Source: Selaginella moellendorffii
Lineage: Eukaryota; Plantae; Lycopodiophyta
Direction: 5' to 3'
Assembly: GCF_000143415.4 (NCBI RefSeq)
Contig: NW_003314263.1
Coordinates: forward strand, 746,165 to 810,164
Length of the DNA stretch: 64,000 nt
Part shown: positions 61,021 to 64,000 of the stretch, one piece after another
Numbering within the stretch: position 1 is the stretch's first letter
Layout: the number at the start of each line of letters is the position of its first letter
Program-made: the position numbers and the translations under genes
Notes under the pieces: model-generated
Database searches by the model: none
Seen by the model: the letters and a program-made list of their open reading frames with translations, nothing else
What the model was told of the DNA's origin: nothing

Positions 61021-63711
61021 TCATCTCCCAATCAACGAATGCGGAGCAGACGAAGTCCCGGACGACTGCGAGGAGATCGAGAACGCAGTGGAGGAGGAGG
61101 CGGCGGTCGCGCTGCCAGACGAGGAGGCGGAGGAATCCATCGCCACCTTGGGTGGCGGCGGAAGCAGCACCGCCAAATTCCCCTCCAGCATTTGCACCAC
61201 CTTGCTCATTACCGGCCTCGCACTGGCCACGTCCTGTATACACCAAAACGCCACCTTCACCACCCTCTCCAGCTGCACACCGTCAACATCCGCACGGTAC
61301 ATCCGCTCGTCCACCGCGCCCTCGAGCCGCCCGGCCTCGAGCTCCCTGTAAAGGTACGCGGGGTACCGCTGCATGCCGCGCGGTACCGCGCGGCACGTGT
61401 CGAAGTTGCGGCGCCCGCCCACCAGCTCCAGCAGCACCATGCCGTAGCTGTACACGTCCGACTTGGCGGTAATGGGCATATTCGCCAGCCACTCCGGCGC
61501 CATGTAGCCACGTGTCCCGCGCACAGTGGTCAGGTTGCGTGCGTTGCCCTCGTCGATGAGCCGCGCCAGGCCAAAGTCCGAGACCTTGGGTGCGAAGCTA
61601 TCGTCCAGGAGGATATTCTCTGGCTTGAGGTCGCAGTGGACGATTGGCTCGCGGCATTCCTCGTGGAGATAGGCGAGAGCCCTAGCGGTGCCCAGCGCGA
61701 TCTTGAATCGCGTCGGCCAGTCCAGCGATGGCCGCGCTTCCTGGTAAGAATCGTCCTCATCTTCGCCGGGTGCGAGTGGTCTTGACGATGTCGATAAGCT
61801 GGTGGATGCAGTGGCGGTGGATCTTGCCTTCTGGGCGCCAGATCGTGAGAGATTGCTGGATCGCGACGGCAATGCTGCTTCCTGGCCTCCAGACTTCGAA
61901 ATATCGCTGGATCGCAACGAGAATGGCCGCGACGCGTCGCTGGATTGCCAGGATCTATCTTGGCCCCATTCCAGGTCGTGGTCGTGGTGGAAGAGGAAGC
62001 GATCCAGCGATCCATTGGGCAGGAACTCGTAGACGAGCAATCGCGTCGCGGCTCCCTCGGCGCAAAATCCCACCAGGCGCATCAGATTCATGTGGTGCGT
62101 GCTCCCGATCGTCGCTACCTCGGTACGAAACTCCTTCTCCCCCTGGAAAATCCCCTCGAGCTTCTTCACGGCTATGGCGGTCTTGCTCACAGGGAGCGCG
62201 AGGGATCCCTTGTACACGGGGCCAAATCCTCCCTCGCCAATCCTCGTCTGGAAGTTATACGTCGCGTTCTGGAGCTCCTTGTACGTGAATCTCATCGGCG
62301 CGCCAGAGGCATAGTCCAGGATGGCGTGCCGCGCGGCTTCCTGGACCCGTCTCGAGTACCGCCGGCGGTACACCGCCCATCCCACCGCCAGCTCCGCCAG
62401 CACCAGCGCCGCCACTGTGACGCCCACGGCAATGCCGATTGCCCGCCCCTGATTCGACGATCGCGGCTCTGACGAGACCGATGTGGGTGGAGAATTCGCG
62501 GCCGAGGTACACACCTTGAGGAAGGCGGTGGATTGGATCGAGGGGGACGAGTAGCCGCTCATGGACGTCGATCGAAACTGGACACAGTGGCCGGATCCAT
62601 CGTTTGGGACGAGGCAGCCAAAGCAGCTGGAATCGCCGCGGCAATTGCTCGTGCACTGCTCGCTGTTGCTGTTCGATGTCACGGTGGATCCACTGTCGAG
62701 CCAAGCGGTGGAGTTCGTCGCGATCAGCTGGTTGCTCTCGGTGGCACAATCGCTGGCCACATTCCCGGTGTTGGTGCATCCAGCGTTACGCCGGCTGGGA
62801 TCCACGAAGCCCAGCCCAGTCGGGCAGTCGCATACCGTGCGGTATGCCACCGGTGCCTGGGACGGTACCGCGCGGTACGAGCATATGCCGTAGTTGCCAC
62901 AGTAGTTGTACACCTGGCACTGGTCAGACACCGCCTGCCACCGCGCGGACCATACCGCCTCGATTAGAGTGTACAGCCGGAGGTTGCCATCGTCGTCGAG
63001 CGTGAGGCGGCGGCTTTGCCCTGGCCCATAATCCTCCGGGAAGAACTGGCGCACTGTGGAGGTGGCGTTGAGATTGAGCACGCCATTGACATCCACCACC
63101 GCATTCGTGGGAATCGAGGAATTTCCACTCCCATCGGTGTCGCTGCTCCAGTACTGCGCGCTTCTCCAGCGAAGCGTGAGATTGCCCGATTGATCCATGG
63201 TGAGGGTGTAGCCGCCGGCGCGCGAGGTGAGATTGCGGCCCCTGGGGAGGAATTGGCCGGGGAGGAGCGTGCTGCTGGGATGATCGAAGCTGCTCCACAC
63301 GACCTGGCCGCTGGAGTTCCGGAGCGCGAGATTACCTGATTCTTGGAGCTGCCCGGACGAAGCCCCAGTGGCGCCGCTCGTCCACGATGTGGTGCTGGCG
63401 CCGTCGCGCACCGCCAGGGATCCATCGCTGGAGAGCTGGAGGATTGCGCCGGCGCGTGACGCCGGGGCGGCAGTGTCCCACACCAAGACTTGCTGCGAAT
63501 CCGCGCGGTACCAAATCCCTAGCTCGAATTCCCCGGGGCTGCGCGGCGATGGCGCAAATCCGAGGGAGAAGCTGCCGCTGGAGATCGATGCTGCCGCGCC
63601 CGCGGTGGCGATCGTTTGCCCTGACGCGAATTGGTCCTGCGCGAGAGAGGAGGGGAGAGAACAAGAGATCCAGAGTATGGCTATGGCGGAGGAGAGGAGA
63701 GCATCCACCAT
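61021..63711 (-). CDS. G-type lectin S-domain receptor-like kinase (SD2 type), intact, intronless
   Basis: Signal peptide, B-lectin (WSSFDHPSSTLLPGQ), EGF, PAN, TM, and kinase (GEGGFGPVY, VHCDLKPENILL, DFG, GTRGYMAPEW). Confidence 0.95.
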   Translation of the reverse strand: MVDALLSSAIAILWISCSLPSSLAQDQFASGQTIATAGAAASISSGSFSLGFAPSPRSPGEFELGIWYRADSQQVLVWDTAAPASRAGAILQLSSDGSLAVRDGASTTSWTSGATGASSGQLQESGNLALRNSSGQVVWSSFDHPSSTLLPGQFLPRGRNLTSRAGGYTLTMDQSGNLTLRWRSAQYWSSDTDGSGNSSIPTNAVVDVNGVLNLNATSTVRQFFPEDYGPGQSRRLTLDDDGNLRLYTLIEAVWSARWQAVSDQCQVYNYCGNYGICSYRAVPSQAPVAYRTVCDCPTGLGFVDPSRRNAGCTNTGNVASDCATESNQLIATNSTAWLDSGSTVTSNSNSEQCTSNCRGDSSCFGCLVPNDGSGHCVQFRSTSMSGYSSPSIQSTAFLKVCTSAANSPPTSVSSEPRSSNQGRAIGIAVGVTVAALVLAELAVGWAVYRRRYSRRVQEAARHAILDYASGAPMRFTYKELQNATYNFQTRIGEGGFGPVYKGSLALPVSKTAIAVKKLEGIFQGEKEFRTEVATIGSTHHMNLMRLVGFCAEGAATRLLVYEFLPNGSLDRFLFHHDHDLEWGQDRSWQSSDASRPFSLRSSDISKSGGQEAALPSRSSNLSRSGAQKARSTATASTSLSTSSRPLAPGEDEDDSYQEARPSLDWPTRFKIALGTARALAYLHEECREPIVHCDLKPENILLDDSFAPKVSDFGLARLIDEGNARNLTTVRGTRGYMAPEWLANMPITAKSDVYSYGMVLLELVGGRRNFDTCRAVPRGMQRYPAYLYRELEAGRLEGAVDERMYRADVDGVQLERVVKVAFWCIQDVASARPVMSKVVQMLEGNLAVLLPPPPKVAMDSSASSSGSATAASSSTAFSISSQSSGTSSAPHSLIGR

Positions 63712-64000
63712 TCTTTCTTCCTCCTCGTGCTCTCACTCGAATTCCATGAGTGGTGATTAGGCTATTGTATGTAGCTTGTCGCGATACACATTCAAAGACT
63801 TTGGGCAGCAGCGCGTTTTTGTCTCATTTTTTTTCCGTTCGTTCACACCTTTGATTGATAAATGAAGGTTTAGGGCTTTTCGGGTTTTAGGGTTCTTCGA
63901 TGCCGGGATGGAGGGCGCACTGCCCGGGGCGATTCCGTGGCCTGCGCCGTGGAAGCTTTGTATCGCTGGCTGGAGCAATCAACCGGCGATCGACGAATGC

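Overview
Gene-dense land-plant nuclear DNA with very short GT-AG introns (about 42-100 nt), PLS-class PPR genes and a ciliary CFAP157-like gene. This suggests a flagellate-sperm plant with a compact genome, most likely the lycophyte Selaginella (inference, not a database hit). 1-10.6 kb: an inverted segmental duplication centred on an assembly gap. It carries a PPR gene and its decayed mirror copy, an S-domain receptor kinase pseudogene with an internal micro-inversion, and two head-to-head copies of a secreted precursor with tandem CC-x7-C-x3-C ~20-aa Cys units. 12-36 kb: RGF/GLV peptide precursor, MO25, ATG13, BUBR1/MAD3, a catalytically dead papain-like protease beside a protease-less prodomain-remnant/Pro-rich/granulin protein, clade-B PP2C, a REF6/ELF6-like JmjC protein lacking both Fe-binding His, DUF1336, REX4, RPL13, a plastid membrane protein and CFAP157. 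36.4-46.5 kb: an AT-rich island with an orphan secreted-protein ORF and a full-length defective Helitron carrying a captured UGT fragment between 91-bp direct repeats. 46.6-64 kb: a BTB/BACK protein, tRNA-Phe with a decayed Ty3/gypsy just upstream, complex I 24-kDa subunit head-to-head with glutathione reductase, NF-YA, and an intact G-lectin S-domain RLK with a long kinase insert. Best leads: the multi-unit Cys-peptide precursor, the split dead-protease/granulin pair, the pseudo-demethylase and the Helitron capture. All exon models were assembled by eye.
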